DNA of 64,000 nt from Octopus vulgaris. Taxonomy: Eukaryota. The notes under the pieces were generated by a model, which saw only the letters and a list, made by a program, of their open reading frames with translations, was not told where the DNA came from and did not search any database. Positions 11,987 through 26,040 of this stretch are shown here, piece after piece; positions within the stretch are counted from its first letter, which is position 1; every line of letters starts with the position of its first letter. The translations under genes and the position numbers were made by a program. The stretch covers positions 24,056,001-24,120,000 of the forward strand of contig OX597829.1 in assembly GCA_951406725.2 (NCBI GenBank). Reading direction: 5' to 3'.

Positions 11987-12777
11987 GTGTAGAGTGGTTA
12001 TTAAACCTATAAAGCCTTTAATTTATTATGTACATATTTATCTATCTATCTATCTTTCTATCTCTCTCTATATAAATCATTGTCATTTTGTCGTTTAAAC
12101 GCTCACATCTCCATGTTCAAATTAAGTGGATGGAATTTATTGAAGTGGACTTTCTATGGCCAGATTCCTTTTTTATCACTAACTTTCACCTCTTTCCTAG
12201 TAAGGTAATATTTCCCTATGACCAGACATGTTTTTGTGGAAGATTGGGTTACAACCAGCACTTCTTGCAAAAACAGGAGCATTCATTTTACAACTAGCAC
12301 ATAATGTGAAGGTCAAGAGACAGTAACACAAACACACATGCATACACATTATTGACATCATAAGAATTTATAAACTTTTCAGAGAATATGAAATAATTCT
12401 TAAAGCTCATCATCATCATCGTTTAACGTCTGCTTTCCATGCTGACTGTAGTTTGATTTCTGTGTGAACAGAAACATTGGAACTAATCTGACTGGTTTCT
12501 AATCTCATTAAACAATGATGACAATGCTATAAACGATAGCATGTAAATATTGGGTTTTTCAACCAATATTTACACACTCTTATTTATAGATTTATGTGTG
12601 ATTTGAGAGCCACTCTTCCAAAATAAAAAACGTATATATAACACAAAATTAGTTAGGGGTTATGGGTGTAACCCACTAAGGGATAGTATTTATCCAATAT
12701 ACTGTTATAATTCAACATTCTAATATCCGAAAGATGATGGACAAACTAAATTTGTTTCTCCATTTTCTTATTTGTAT

Positions 12778-12810
<33 letters not shown>

Positions 12811-12920
12811 TTGTGTACATACCCATATACAGAGAATATGAAGGAATAAATGCAGTTGATTCTACAGGCATAGCTGTTGAGATGCTAGTATGTCTTGTGG
12901 AGTTGAACACTGTCTCTCTT

Positions 12921-12955
<35 letters not shown>

Positions 12956-13005
12956 TAGTCAGTCAGGTAAACAAGAACCTGTTTATACCCTATTACTGGT
13001 GTAGT

Positions 13006-13222
13006 AGTTGCTCCAGTCCACTCAGCTGGCAAAAATGAGTTGTACCTGTATTTCAAAGGGCCGGCCTTGTCACACTCTGTGTCACACTGAATCTCCCTCA
13101 GAACTACGTTAAGGGTACATGTGTCTGTGGATTGCTCAGTCACTTGCATGTCAATTTCATGAGCAGGCTGTTCCGTTGATCGTATCAGCTGGGACCCTCG
13201 TCGTCGTAACCGACGGAGTGCT
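13006..13222 (+). mobile_element. SINE family E body/tail
   Basis: Reverse-complement copy at ~28002-28165. Shares GTTGCTCCAGTCCACTCAGCTG with family D. Confidence 0.75.
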
Positions 13223-14499
13223 CCTAGTAGTAATAGCAGAAGCAGCAACTGACATGAGGGTAAATAAAAGTAGTGTATTTGGGAGGGCATATACTGAAGC
13301 ATCACATTGTTAAATGAGGGCATGGAAAGAGTTATTGGCATAAATGAATATGAAAGAAATTAAGTTTCCATGGAAAACAGTTTGGCTCTGCACCAAGGAA
13401 AGTTACTATTGATGCCAAAGGTATCTCATCTAGTGAGACAGTTTCAGGGGAAGTATTTATCTATGACAATGGTCTCAACCAGGATCTATATGACTCTTGA
13501 GGTTCATAAGATTTTTGAGGGTCCATGCAAATAAGATAGTAAATTGGAGATCCATAGTAGTATTTTAAGGGCTCATGACAAAATTTTGCTTTACCTCTTA
13601 CTTGTTTTACTCATTAGACTGTGGTCATGCTGGGGCACTGCCTTGAAAAATTTCTAGTCAAATGAATTGAGCCTGGTGCTTATTTTTTGTTAAGCCTAGC
13701 ACCTGTTTGATCATTCTCTTTTGCTGAACCACTATGTTATAAGGATGTAAACACACCAACACCTGTTGGTTTATATTGTAAGGTTTTCAATTGTTGAACT
13801 TGTTTGATTTCTCATCTTTAATTTGAAAAATATTTATACCTAATGTCTCAGGTTCAATACTTCAGCATTTCCCAACACTGTCTGTAATAATAATAATAAT
13901 ATATATATATATATATATATGTGTCAGTCATTGAGCTTGTTTCAGCTATGCTAGGACACCACTTTGAAGAGGTTGGTCTAATAAATTGACCCCAGTATTA
14001 TTTTTTAAAGTTTAGCACTTACTCTATTGGTCTCTATATGGGAATGTAAAATACAATCTTCTGTCAATTTGTGATGGTGGTCAGGTGATGGGGACAGACA
14101 CATGCACACATTTATATTAAGAATGACCTAAAACGAGAAAAAAATAACATGCATATGTGTGTGTGTGTGTGTGTGTGTGTGTACACACAGACACATACAA
14201 ACACGTATATATATTTAAAGAGAGTGAGGGGTGAAGAATATGGTAAGGTGCCTTGATATTGATTCCTCATTACTTATCTTGAGACATTTGACAGATTTTA
14301 ACAAAGGTTTTATTAATATAACACTTGAAAGGAAAGGGAGGGCTTCCACACAGTTTCTCTCTGCCAAATTCTCTCACAAGGCATTGATCAGTTTGGAGGA
14401 CTACAGTAAAAGACACTGGCCCAAGGTGCAGCACAGTGGAACTGTACCTGAAGCCACATTGCTGCATATGTATACATTCATTCATGCACACACACAGAT

Positions 14500-14884
14500 A
14501 TCTCTTTTACTTGTTTCAGTTATTTGACTGTGGCTATGCTGGAGCACCGCCTTTAGTCGACCAAATTGATCCCCAGGACTTATTCTTTGTAAGCCTAGTA
14601 CTTATTCTATCGGTCTCTTTTGCCGAACCACTTAGTTACGGGGACGTAAACGCACCAGCATCGGTTGTCAAGCGATGTTAGAGGAGACAAACACAGACAC
14701 ACACACACATATATATATTTATATATGTATGACGGGCTTCTTTCAGTTTCTGTCTTCCAAATCCTCTCACAAGGCTTTGGTCAGCCTGTGGCTATAGTAG
14801 AAACTTGCTCAAGGTGCCTTGGAGTGGGACTGAACCCGGAACCATGTGATTCGTTAGCAAGCTACTTACCACACAGCCACTCCT
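14500..14884 (-). mobile_element. SINE family A, near full length
   Basis: High similarity to the copies at 28871, 41680 and 53745. Further degraded pieces at 13595-14460. Confidence 0.9.
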
Positions 14885-15679
14885 AAGCCTCTGCATATGT
14901 ATATTTTCTTCATAGCTCTCTCTCTCTCTCTCTCCCCCATCCTCTTCACAAATGGTAACCAACATGTAACCTCCCAAATTAAATATGAAAATATTATTTT
15001 AAATGTTTTCCCAATTAGACTTCATTTATAAAATAAACTCCCAAAGGGATTAATATTTCCATTAGAATATATTGCAGCTGTAGAACTTTGCTTGGACTGT
15101 TTCCATATTTCTCATTTGTTTCATGTCTGTTATTTTTGTTGACTCTAGCAAAATCCCCTTTTTTTCCTCTTTTTCAAATTTCCCACCACTGTTATGAATG
15201 CAAAAACTCAAACATCCACACACACGCACTTGTAAACTCACACAAACATGCACACACACACACATACACGTCTGTGTGTGTTGTGAGTGTATATAAATAT
15301 ATATTGTGTGTGTGTGATTATATATATACTATGAATGTGTGTATAACAGAGAAGGCTGCTTGATATGGTTATGTGATGCATATGGACGATGGTTGCTGCA
15401 TAGGAAAGTACTGAATGTTCCAAGTTAGTGGAACCAGTTAGAAGATTAAAGATGACTTGGACCAAACGGGTGAGGGCTGATCTCATAAACCTTTTGATGT
15501 TGGCATCATGATAAAATGTATACAGTAGATTTTGTAAAGCACATGGCATAGGAAACAAATGAAAATAACACAGGCACCTGTCTGTGAAAGCGGTAGCTTC
15601 TGGCAGGAAAGAGCTTAATCTTTGACAACCTGTCCAAACCATGCCAGCATGGAAAGCAGACATAAAATTATGGTGGTTT

Positions 15680-16340
15680 CTGATTTAGGCACAAGGTCTG
15701 AAATTTTGAGGGAAAGGACTAAGTGATTACATCGACCGCAGTACCTAACTGGTACTTAGTTGGTCATCCTGAAAGAATAAAATGCAAAGTCAGTCTCGGC
15801 AGAATTAGAACTCAGATCATAGAAAATGGGCAAAATGCCACTAATCATTTCATCCAGCCTATTAACGATTCTACCAACTTGCCGCCTTAATTGTAATAAT
15901 AATCCTTTCTAATTTTGGCATAGAGCCATCATTTGTGAAGGGTGGGGTAGTCAGTTACACCTTCTTCTCCCAAATTCATCTGGTACCCATTTTATCAACT
16001 CAAAAGGCAAAGTCAACCTCAGCAAAATTTGAACTCAGAACATAAAGATAGATGAATTGCCCCTGAACATTTTGTCCAGTTAGTGTACAATTCTGCTAGC
16101 TCACTGCCTGAACCATTAAAAAAAATCCTTTCTGTTATAGGCATTAAGCCTGAAATTTTGAGAAAAGGACTTGTCAATTACATTGACTCCCCAGTGCTTA
16201 ACTGGTATATACTTCATTGACCCTGAAAGAATTGAAAGCAAAATCAACCTCAGTGGAATTTGATATAAGAATGTAAATGCAGATGAAATGCTGCCAAGCA
16301 TTTTGTCTGGCTTACTTACATTTCTGCGAGCTCACTACCT
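15680..16340 (-). mobile_element. Three tandem degraded family B SINEs
   Basis: The motif series cacaagg..aaattttg..gattacat..aaagtcaacctc..gaactcaga..gattct..gcc occurs three times. More copies at ~20-228, 17435-17810, 19755-20180, 20655-20832, 21040-21280, 31838-32035, 35265-35470, 44235-44475, 56150-56580 and 58870-59070. Confidence 0.8.
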
Positions 16341-16382
16341 GAATGATGAGGATGCTGCTGCTGCCGCCGCTGACGACAAATG

Positions 16383-16795
16383 TCCTGATGCAATACAAGG
16401 CATTGGCTCTTATGGCTTCTGCTTCTGTGGATTGCTTAACTCTGTTGGACTTTATTCAACACTGTCCTGATCTATCTTCTAAATTGGATTCACTCTCTCA
16501 TCGTCATCATGTGGCTTCCTTGTCTCTTTTCTCTAAGTATTTTCATAGACATTGTTCAGCTGAGCTCTCTTCTCTGGTTCCTCCTTTAAGAACTTATCAG
16601 TGATCAACTAGACCTGCATCCAGTTCTCATCAGTATACTGTGCAACCTCCTAAGTGTTGTGAAGCAATTTACAGTACCAGTTTCTTCCCTCACACCTCTA
16701 AACTTTGGAATTCCCTTCCACAGTCTCATTTTCCTCTTCAATATGACCTCCTGTCTTTTAAGTATAATGTACATTGTCACTTGTGTCTAGCATCC
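16383..16795 (+). mobile_element. CR1/L2-group LINE ORF2 C-terminal relic
   Basis: Translates as LDSLSHRHHVASLSLFSKYFHRHCSAELSSLVPP ... SFFPHTSKLWNSLPQSHFPLQYDLLSFK, typical post-RT motifs of this clade. Stops and frameshifts present. Confidence 0.8.
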
Positions 16796-16874
16796 ATTTT
16801 TTTCTTGTAGCTCTTATGTTTTCAGTGGCCTAAGGACCTTGTAAGAAGTGAATGCTTAAAAAAAAAAATTTCTT

Positions 16875-17430
16875 TTAAACTGATTGGAAGTGTTATGTTT
16901 TGTCTTGGTGTAAAAAGATGGGCTAGAGCAAATATTCTGCTCAATACCACAGATTTGTTTGTCAAATGCTTGACCTTAACCATTTGAATGTATCCCTTAG
17001 TGGCTGACGATATGTGCATCTCTGATCATGAACAGAAGTAGTGGGGGAGCATCATAGCCAAGTGTTGAGAGGAATTCTTTAAGGTTTGAATAATTTACCT
17101 CTGGAAACATGGGTGTTTCGTTGGTCATCCTTAAACAAACTTTATTCAGGAACCTTTTGAGTGGGATGGGCTACTCAACCCCCCAAAAAATACTAACTGG
17201 GCCCCCACCTGCAAGGTCAGGCACTGTTTATCTTGATATGAAATCACTATGTTGCACACATTTGGTTGTTATGCATGTGCCTGGTGTACCCTTATCAGCC
17301 GGGTATTCATGATGAGTATACTGGGCTTCATATATTTGTACCCTGGTGTCACTTTGATGATATGCTCTGCTCTCTCACTCAATAATAATGATGATAATAA
17401 TAATAATAATATAATAATAATAATAATATT
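16875..17430 (+). mobile_element. Family G repeat (~550 bp, (AAT)n tail; SINE or LINE 3' UTR)
   Basis: Long reverse-complement match to 43665-44225. Confidence 0.8.
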
Positions 17431-17993
17431 ATAATAATCCTTTCTACTGAAGGCACAAGGCCATGAAATTTTGGTGGGAGGGGACTAGTCATTTACATTG
17501 ACCCCAATGGGTATAGTGGGCTTCATGCATTTGTAGCCCAGTGTAACTTTGATGGCATGCACTGCTCTCTCACTCAATAATAAGAATGATAGTCCTTTCT
17601 ACTGTAGGTACAAGACCTGAAATTTTGAGGGAGGGGACTAGTCGATTACATCGACCCCAGAGTTTCACTGGTACTTAATGTATTGAAACCAAAAGGATGA
17701 AAGGCAAAGTTAACTTCTGTAAAATTTGACCTCAGAACATAAAGACAGACAAAATGCCGCTAAGCATTTTGCCCAGTGGGCTAACATTTCTGCAAGCTCA
17801 CCACCTTAAGTTCCTTCCTGAGTCATATTGACTCATAGGGCCAGTTTCCCAATTTTTGTGGCATATATTATTCCCCACTGGACAGGCTGCCAGCTCACTG
17901 CAGGATTACTCATTTTTGCCAGCTGAGTGGACTGGAGCAATATGAATATATTCATCATCATCTTTTAACGTCTGCCTTCCATGCTGGCATGGG

Positions 17994-18026
<33 letters not shown>

Positions 18027-18544
18027 GCAACAACAATAATAATCATTGCAGTTTGTGTAGATTGGTGCAGATATCTCAGTTCTCTGTCCGGTTTCTGTTT
18101 GTCTTTCAGTGTTCTTTCATCACTCAATAACCAATGATTAATACATTTACAATGTAGATCAATTGATGACTACTATTACCAACACTGGCTTTATGCCAAG
18201 ACTGGAAATGAATGGTATTCCAAGTGGAAATGGAGTACTGGTTAGTCAAAGAGAGGAGGGTGGAATCCATGACCCTTTTCAGAGCCACTGAAATTACCAG
18301 AAGAAAAAGTGGGAGTTAGTCCATATGTTTAGAACAGAATTGACTCCATTAAAGTCACACACTGTCCAATTGGTGCTGTTATAGCAGAAGATGGAGGAAA
18401 TCTACCACCAAATCATGAATTCATCTATTACCAATAAAATGACTGGAATTGCAAAAATGGTAGAATACTAGGCTTAGATGCTTGACAGTATCTATAGCTC
18501 CAGGCTGAAATTCTGACCAGGTCAAATTTGTTTTAGCCCTCCGT

Positions 18545-18782
18545 CGTAAAATGCACCAATCCGATCGTGGCCATTGCCAGCTTCGCCTGGCACCTGTGCC
18601 GGTGGCACGTAAAAGGCACCCACTACACTCACGGAGTGGTTGGCGTTAGGAAGGGCATCCAGCTGTAGAAACACTGCCAGATCAGACTGGAGCCTGGTGC
18701 AGCCTTCTGGCTTCCCAGATCCCCGGTCGAACCGTCCAACCCATGCTAGCATGGAAAATGGACGTTAAACGATGATGATGAT
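18545..18782 (+). mobile_element. Family C 3' fragment
   Basis: Near identical to 61985-62215, with (GAT)n tail. Confidence 0.9.
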
Positions 18783-19424
18783 CTGCATAATATACTTCAG
18801 TGTGGTAGATCAAATAGTAATGAAGGACTATGTATCTACACACATACAGTTTTTAGTAGTACTACCCCTTTATGTTTACTGTTCAAATATCTATTGGCAA
18901 CTTAATTTATTGATCTTTGAGGATTGGTGAAATAAATGACAGTTACTTAATGAAATCAATTTTCCCACCAAATGAACATGCCTTGTGTTTTGTTAAGAAA
19001 TCATTACTAATAAAATTAGCAGAAAGTTTCTCCTCTCCCTAAAATAAAGGAAGGTTTTCTTGTGTGTGTGGATAAAAGAGAATCTCCTATTTTAGTTTTT
19101 TTTCTTTTTTAACTTTCAACAGGTCCATCTTATTAATAGTATTATAGGTTCCTTAGCAAATCAGTGCAATGGGTACTATAGTAATTCATTTATTGACAAC
19201 AAGCCACAGCATATATAGATTAGAACTTTTGCTCCCTACATTTGTGGAGCTCCCAGGCTACTGCTCAATGTGCCCATGCCTTAAGATGACACTGATTCTG
19301 AGTTCAAATCACACTAGGATTGACTTTGTTTTCATTTACTTTTCATTCAAGAGAGAGGATATGATACGTAATAAGTGTTTCAAATTTAGGCACAAGTTGA
19401 CAATTTTTTTAGGGAGAGCAAATT

Positions 19425-19727
19425 AACCCGAAGACTTATTCTCTGTAAACCTAGTACTTATTCTATTGGTCTCTTTTGCCGAACCGCTAAGTTACAGGGA
19501 CGTGAACACAGCAGCATCAGTTGTCAAGCAATGTTGGGGGGACAAACACATACTCACACACATATATATGACGGGCTTCTTTTCAGTTTCCGTCTACCAA
19601 ATCCACTCACAAGGCTTTGGTCGACCCGAGGTTATAGTAGAAGACACTTGCTCAAGGTGCCACACAGTGGGACTGAACCCAGAATCATGTGGTTGGTAAG
19701 CAAGCTACTTACCACACAGCCACTCCT
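19425..19727 (-). mobile_element. SINE family A, 3'-truncated
   Basis: Same head and body sequence as other family A copies. Confidence 0.85.
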
Positions 19728-21769
19728 TTTAATAATAATAATAATAATAACAATCTTTTCTGCAATAGGCACAAGTCCTGAAATTTTGTGGGAGGGGTCT
19801 TGTCAATTACATCTACCTCAGTGCACACCTGGTACTTATTTTATTGACTCCTTAAGGATGAAAGGCAAGGTCAACCTTGATGGAATTTGACCTCAGAACA
19901 TAACAAGCCAGAAGAAATACTGATAAGCATTTTGTCCAACGCATTAAATGATTCTACCAGCTTGCCACTTTAAAAAGCCAGTAATTCTAGGGATAAAGGG
20001 GTCAGTCGATTATATCAGCCCAAGTTTTTTTGACTGGTACTTTATTTCATTTATCAACTCCAAAAAAAAGAAGACATAGTTGACCTTGATGTGATTTGAG
20101 CTCAGAATGTAAGAATACTGAAAGAAATACCTCTAAGCATTTTGTCGAAAATGGTAACAATTCTGACAGCTTACCACCTTAATAATAATAATATATTAAA
20201 TCAATACCCAGATAAGAGTTACAACACCTGATTACATTTGTGTGATATAAAGCCACAAATTATTAATATATAGACATTAAACGAGTGTATGCCAGACAGT
20301 TTTGTCACCTGCTTCTTATACAGTTTCAGTTTCTGAAGATTTCATCATGGCTGTGCTAAACAGCTAAAGGCATTTCTGGCACTGCCTGCTTAAGTATTTT
20401 GAGAATTGTCCATAATTCTTGACCTGAAGTTCCTTCAGAAGATACTGCAGAGATTGTCTCCGTTACCTAAAGTCATTCTCAGGCCTTCATTGTTTACATA
20501 TTCTTCATTCACTCAGTAGCTTAAAGTAAGTTTTGGCCCCCATATCATAAATGTAACAATCCTTCTACTATAACAAAATACGTTTATAATGTGGCCACCA
20601 CGTATGGTATTGCACAACCCACTTTACACCACTGCACTTACCTTCTCTAATAATTCCCGAAATTTGAGAGAGTGGGTAATTGATTACATCAATCAGATAC
20701 TTATTTTGTTGACCCTGAAAGGTTGAAAGGCAAAGTCAATCTCAAGTCAAACTCAAAACATAAAGAACTGGAAGAAACACCACTAAGCAATTATGTCTGA
20801 CATGCTAACGATTCTGCCAGCTCGCCACCTTCTCTAATAATATGATGGTTGACTTACCACCTGACATTTGTCCAACTGGTGGAGTGCATTAAAGTGCTTG
20901 CCAAAATTCCATACACTAAACTCTCAGTCTCCGCTTTTCACTCAGAATTGTCGGTCAGTGAAGGAGACAATCTGTATAAATATGTCACACTGACTGTGTT
21001 ATTTCTTCCACATAAAAACTGGCCTTGTGCCAGACAGCTAAAAGAAAATATAGGTACCGAAAATATATGGAAAATAGTAGTAACGTAGATTATAAATCAT
21101 TGTTGTTTCCACGGTTTTTATATGCTGAGCTCAGATTCCACTGAGGTCGACTTCGCCTTTCATCCTTTCAAGATCGAGAAAATAAGTACCAGTCAAGCAC
21201 TGGGGTCAATGTAATGGCATAGCCACTAGTGGCCATCGCCCAAAATTTCAAGCTTTTTACCTATAGTAGAACGAATGATGGTGATTATTATTATTAATAT
21301 TATTACTATTATTGAATGGAAATGTTGTTTATAGGCTAGTGGTGCATCAGACAACATGCTTTAGTCATTTGTCTTAAATGGCCACAGCGTAGTGTACAGG
21401 AATGTGTCTGTGTGTGCTTATTCAGTCTTATCTCTATTGTGTCGCCATCGTTGTCTTTCATTCTTTGTATATACCGTATCTGCTGGTACTTGGTGCAGAT
21501 ACAGGTTTTAGGCTATAGATGAGAGTGAAGGACGAAATAGTAATAGTGGACATGTCTTTTTCACGTTGATTACCTGTTTTTCCCCTTCTCTCTCTCTCTC
21601 AACCCCCTCTCATTTCCCCTATTCCTTCTCTCTACACACTCACACATTCTCTGTCCCTATTAGAATTACGGTCTTGGCAGTTATTCAAAAGTAAAGAAGT
21701 GGTGCAAAAGTTTTGTTAATCCTACTTCTGAAAAGAAAAAAAATAGAAAAAAAATAAATAATAAAGGCT

Positions 21770-23112
21770 GCAGTGTGTGTGTGTGTGTGTTTAATCTTTC
21801 CCTCGCCCTCCCTCTTCGATGCGAGCCATTCCCATTATGAAAGCTACTTCAAGTCTTGGGTGTAGCTGTTGACTTAACAGTTGATATCGCAGAACCCGTA
21901 CACTCACCACATATAATTCGCTGACACACATAGTAACATACAATTAAAAACAAACTTACACAAAACTCTCCCCTACGCACACATTCCCATACAGACGTAT
22001 TCTTTGTCTATACAATACACACACACATACACAGTTATCGGACAGATACACACACACACAAGTTATCAGTCAGTCAGTTAGTACACACACATACACACAC
22101 ACTACGGCATACCCCGCAACTACACATACACACATATACACACGCACCCGACTGACTTTAAAATACAGTAAGGTCGTTATTGGCAAACAGTCAGATTGTT
22201 GATGTTGTTGTTTGCCAACAGAATGGTTGGCTGGTGGTGGTTTCGTTTCACTATTCACTGGAACCCATTCTAAAATCCATTCCTTAATATATTATAATAT
22301 ACGCGTCGTTGGTGCCACATTCTACGATAACCGGGCTATAAGTTCTTTGTTTTATTGTTTGAACCAATATTCGGTGCTTCTCTTCTCAGAATTTAAATCC
22401 AGCCGAGATCATCTTTCTTCGCACATTGCGGAATACCGGTTTAATCACCCAATTCCCTTCATTATACAATATTTCTTTAATATTGCTCTTTGGATCATCG
22501 AGTTCGCCTTGTGCCGCATCTTTAACAGTGACATCTCTTCTCGATCTTTCATTTATCAATTGGATAAACCAAAAACGAAAAGGATTGTTTTTTCGGTATT
22601 TCCTGCCAAAATTCGGACACTTTGCAGATGAAAGGACATAATTATCGGAAATCTCTTACGGAGAGAAAAATACGAGAAAGAGAACATTTATTGTAATTTA
22701 ACTAAATGGAATACTAATTATTATTGTTATTGTCCTTAGACCAATATCTTTGTTAAAATCTTTACTAATGGGTTTTCTACATTTCTCCTGAAAATAACAT
22801 CTGTTGCAGAGAAATTCATGATCGTGATGGTGATTAACTAATTTGTCATGAAGCCATAAGATAGTAGTTGAGTGTCTTGTCTAAGAGACACAACAGAAAA
22901 TAATTATTGAGCAATTATTAACTCATTAATTATTGTGCTTCTTTAAAACAACCATTTATTATTCACACACACACACACACAAAAACCAATAAAAAAAGAG
23001 GGTCTGTCTGCAATTAGAATTAACCTCAACTGAAGTTTCTGGAAGTTGGATAAATTATTGATTCTATTACTGTTGTTGTGGCTGTTTTATTTGTTGCCTT
23101 TGGTGTTACACA
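21770..23112 (+). promoter_or_regulatory. Putative promoter / long 5' leader for exon B
   Basis: Free of interspersed repeats and visibly richer in CpG than surrounding DNA (especially 22290-22680). Initiator-like TCAGTCAGTCAGTT at 22066-22079. Ends at the exon B ATG. Confidence 0.5.
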
Positions 23113-23188
23113 ATGGAGAAACGTCGGCGAATTCCACGTCCTGCATCGTGGTGTTTTATTCGATGTATTGATGACATGTTAAATCAGG
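23113..23188 (+). CDS. Candidate alternative first coding exon B (MEKRRRIPRPASWCFIRCIDDMLNQ+G)
   Basis: ACAATGG start context, 25 codons + 1 nt, then CAG G|GTAAGG donor (phase 1), in frame with exon 49723. Preceded by a CpG-retaining, repeat-free region. Absent from the ORF track because it is too short. Confidence 0.7.
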
Positions 23189-23537
23189 GTAAGGAAACTG
23201 ATCGATATATTCCGCGTGTGTGAGTGATTGCATCTTTATACGCACGTACGTGTGTGTGTGTGTTACTTTCTGTTATGACGATGTGTGTGAAAGCAATTGT
23301 TTAATCTTAGGTCAGCCCTTACTCAACAAACTTTCGGTCAAAATATTCCAAGTCATCACCATTCAGTTTATTTCATTTCATTTTATATTGTTTTGACATT
23401 GTGTATCATTATTCTGTATATTTTTTTCCCCTTTTGAAGAGAGTAAGGTATGATTTAAGTGAGATTTTACTGCTATTTCTAGCGTGTAAGGCAACTACAT
23501 AAACTTCTTTATTGACCGTGTAAATAACTGACTCTTG

Positions 23538-23736
23538 GCGGTGGTGGTGGTGGTGGTTTTGTTGTGAAGGTGATGATGGCGACAGTCATAATGAAGATGG
23601 TGGTGGCTGTAATAGTGGTGAAGGGGACGATGGCAATAGTCATAATGAAGGTGGTGGTGAAGGTGATGAGGGCGATGGTGGTGATGGTGTTGGTGATAGT
23701 AGCGATAGTCGTAATGGTTGTGGTGGTGGTGGTGGT
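23538..23736. repeat. Degenerate (GGT/GAT)n trinucleotide tract
   Basis: Seen directly. A complementary (CAC/CAT)n tract lies at 45005-45190. Confidence 0.9.
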
Positions 23737-24620
23737 AAAATGTCAACTAAATGTTACTGTTATTCTAATTATTGCTAAACAAATGGCAACTTTTTGTTTA
23801 CTCTCTGTTTATCCCTAAATATAACAGAACAATGCGTCTCTTGTAGAGAGCTTGGCAAATGACCGTATACACACGCGCACACATCAACACATACATGCAC
23901 GCACACACACAAATCAACACACACACACCAATATATTCACACCTGTAAGTCAACACCTACAATACCCATCCACCCGGTTACATCAACCCACCTTTAAAGG
24001 GAACCCTTATGTGGTCGATCGACATGCTAGAAACAGCAACCAAATTTTCAAATTACAGTATACCATCTTGAAAACAGAAAGGACATCTACATTATAATAA
24101 TCATTGGTAGTGTAGTTCTAAACAGGATGGTCCAGGATGGAATACCTTTAATCTAACCTGGTTTAATCAACAAACAGGATATCTTTTCTAAATTATAACT
24201 TTTTTATAAAGGGTTAGGAATAATATTGGTAAACTTCCAACATTCCCTAACCTTTATTGAAGAAACTTATTTAAAAGAGATTTAATGGAAAGTTCCTTTA
24301 CCCTTATACATTAGCTTATTGAAATTTTTTTTTTTTAAGAGATGTTATTAATAAATCAAGAGGTGTAATTAATTAGCAACTGAATGTTTAAACTGATTCT
24401 TTTTTTCATAGATAAAGCTGTTTTTTTAATGTATTTGTGTGACCTGTATTATTTTGTTTGTTGTCAGTAGTAAGAATTTAATTTGAATACAAGTGAAATT
24501 GAGGGAGGATGGACAAATGAGAAATGAAACTATTTTCTCAAGATGAAAACAATCTGTCTATATATCTATTTATCTCTCTCTCTCTCTCTCTCTGTTTATA
24601 TATATCCTTATCTCTCTATT

Positions 24621-24668
<48 letters not shown>

Positions 24669-24745
24669 ATAAATATTAGGGAATGAATCCAAAATTACAG
24701 GGAAAAATCAGATTTAGGGTTAAATCCAATTTTATAGTAAAATAT

Positions 24746-24875
24746 TATATAATATAATTCGAGACAAAACCACTATTTTAAAACCAAACAAGGAAAGACT
24801 TAATACATAAAATACATAAAATTTTAATATAAGTCTTTCCTTGTTTGGTTTTAAAATAGTGGTTTTGTCTCAAAT

Positions 24876-24886
<11 letters not shown>
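24746..24886. repeat. 57-bp inverted repeat with 27-bp spacer inside TA microsatellite
   Basis: Arms 24746-24802 and 24830-24886, one mismatch. Confidence 0.9.
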
Positions 24887-25195
<309 letters not shown>

Positions 25196-25820
25196 TCATA
25201 GTTTTCAGAATAGTGTTGATGAGAATAGAGCATGATATGAAATTATGGAACTGAGAAGGGAACAGAAATTACGTAATTGACTTCATCAGCTTACAGACAT
25301 TTCTGCTATATGATGTAGCATGCTCAGAGCTGAGTGCTTGTGCATCACATTATAGCTTCCTTGAAGCTTCAAGTGTGTGTGTGTCAGTAGAGTTAATAAA
25401 GGTTTTTAAAGCATAAATTAACAATCAGTTTATGCAATTAAAAATACAAAAATCTTTATTTTTCCTTTTTTTGTTGTAAAACGATGTCACAGAACCATTT
25501 AATTTTGCCTTCCTTTACGTTGAGTTATATGTACAGGACCTATGATGGGGAGGAGCTCAATCAAGATATTAATCTGGGATTCTGGTGAGCAAAGAAACAG
25601 CCGGTGACTATTTACTGAGCCCTTCTCCAAAATAATGAAATAAACCTCACAGCTACCTTGTATCAGGAAAGGACTACTCTTTCTGGGGCCCAAACAATTG
25701 GTTTTGCTTTGCCAAATTTCTCTTGGAGGCCCTACATGAATGTGTTTATGAGAGAGATATAGACAGAGATGTATAGTCATGCTGGGGCACTGCCTTGAAG
25801 GACTTAGTTCAATGGTTTAA

Positions 25821-26040
25821 CCCTTTTGTTACTGTATTTATTTTGAGATGTTCTATGTTTCTTTCAGTTATTTTAAATATAACAAAGAATTTAGTAAAAT
25901 AACTTGGTTATCATTCAACTAGTGTTAGGAACATAAATTGTGACTAAGGTTTGGTGGAAGATTTTAATTCAAAACTTATGAAAACAAGACATATGTACTC
26001 AGAACCAGAGCCGGTTTCAGCTGGGTTGGTAACGAAAGGG
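25821..26040. mobile_element. piggyBac-type MITE inserted in a family A SINE
   Basis: TTAA|CCCTTTTGTTAC ... GTAACGAAAGGG|TTAA. Related fragments at ~41520-41675, 42100-42308 and 61190-61277. Confidence 0.85.

Noticed and set aside
18522-18752. Recurrent peptide LQLDALPNANHSVSVVGAFYVPPA (also 8639, 55700, 61848) and LLSVSVYQIHSQGFGRP/RRHLPKVPHSGTEP peptides
   Set aside because: Translations of dispersed repeat families C and A, not a protein family.
22212-22631. 139-aa ORF in the CpG-rich block
   Set aside because: Non-ATG start, no recognisable domain and no donor in a compatible position. Better explained as leader/promoter sequence.
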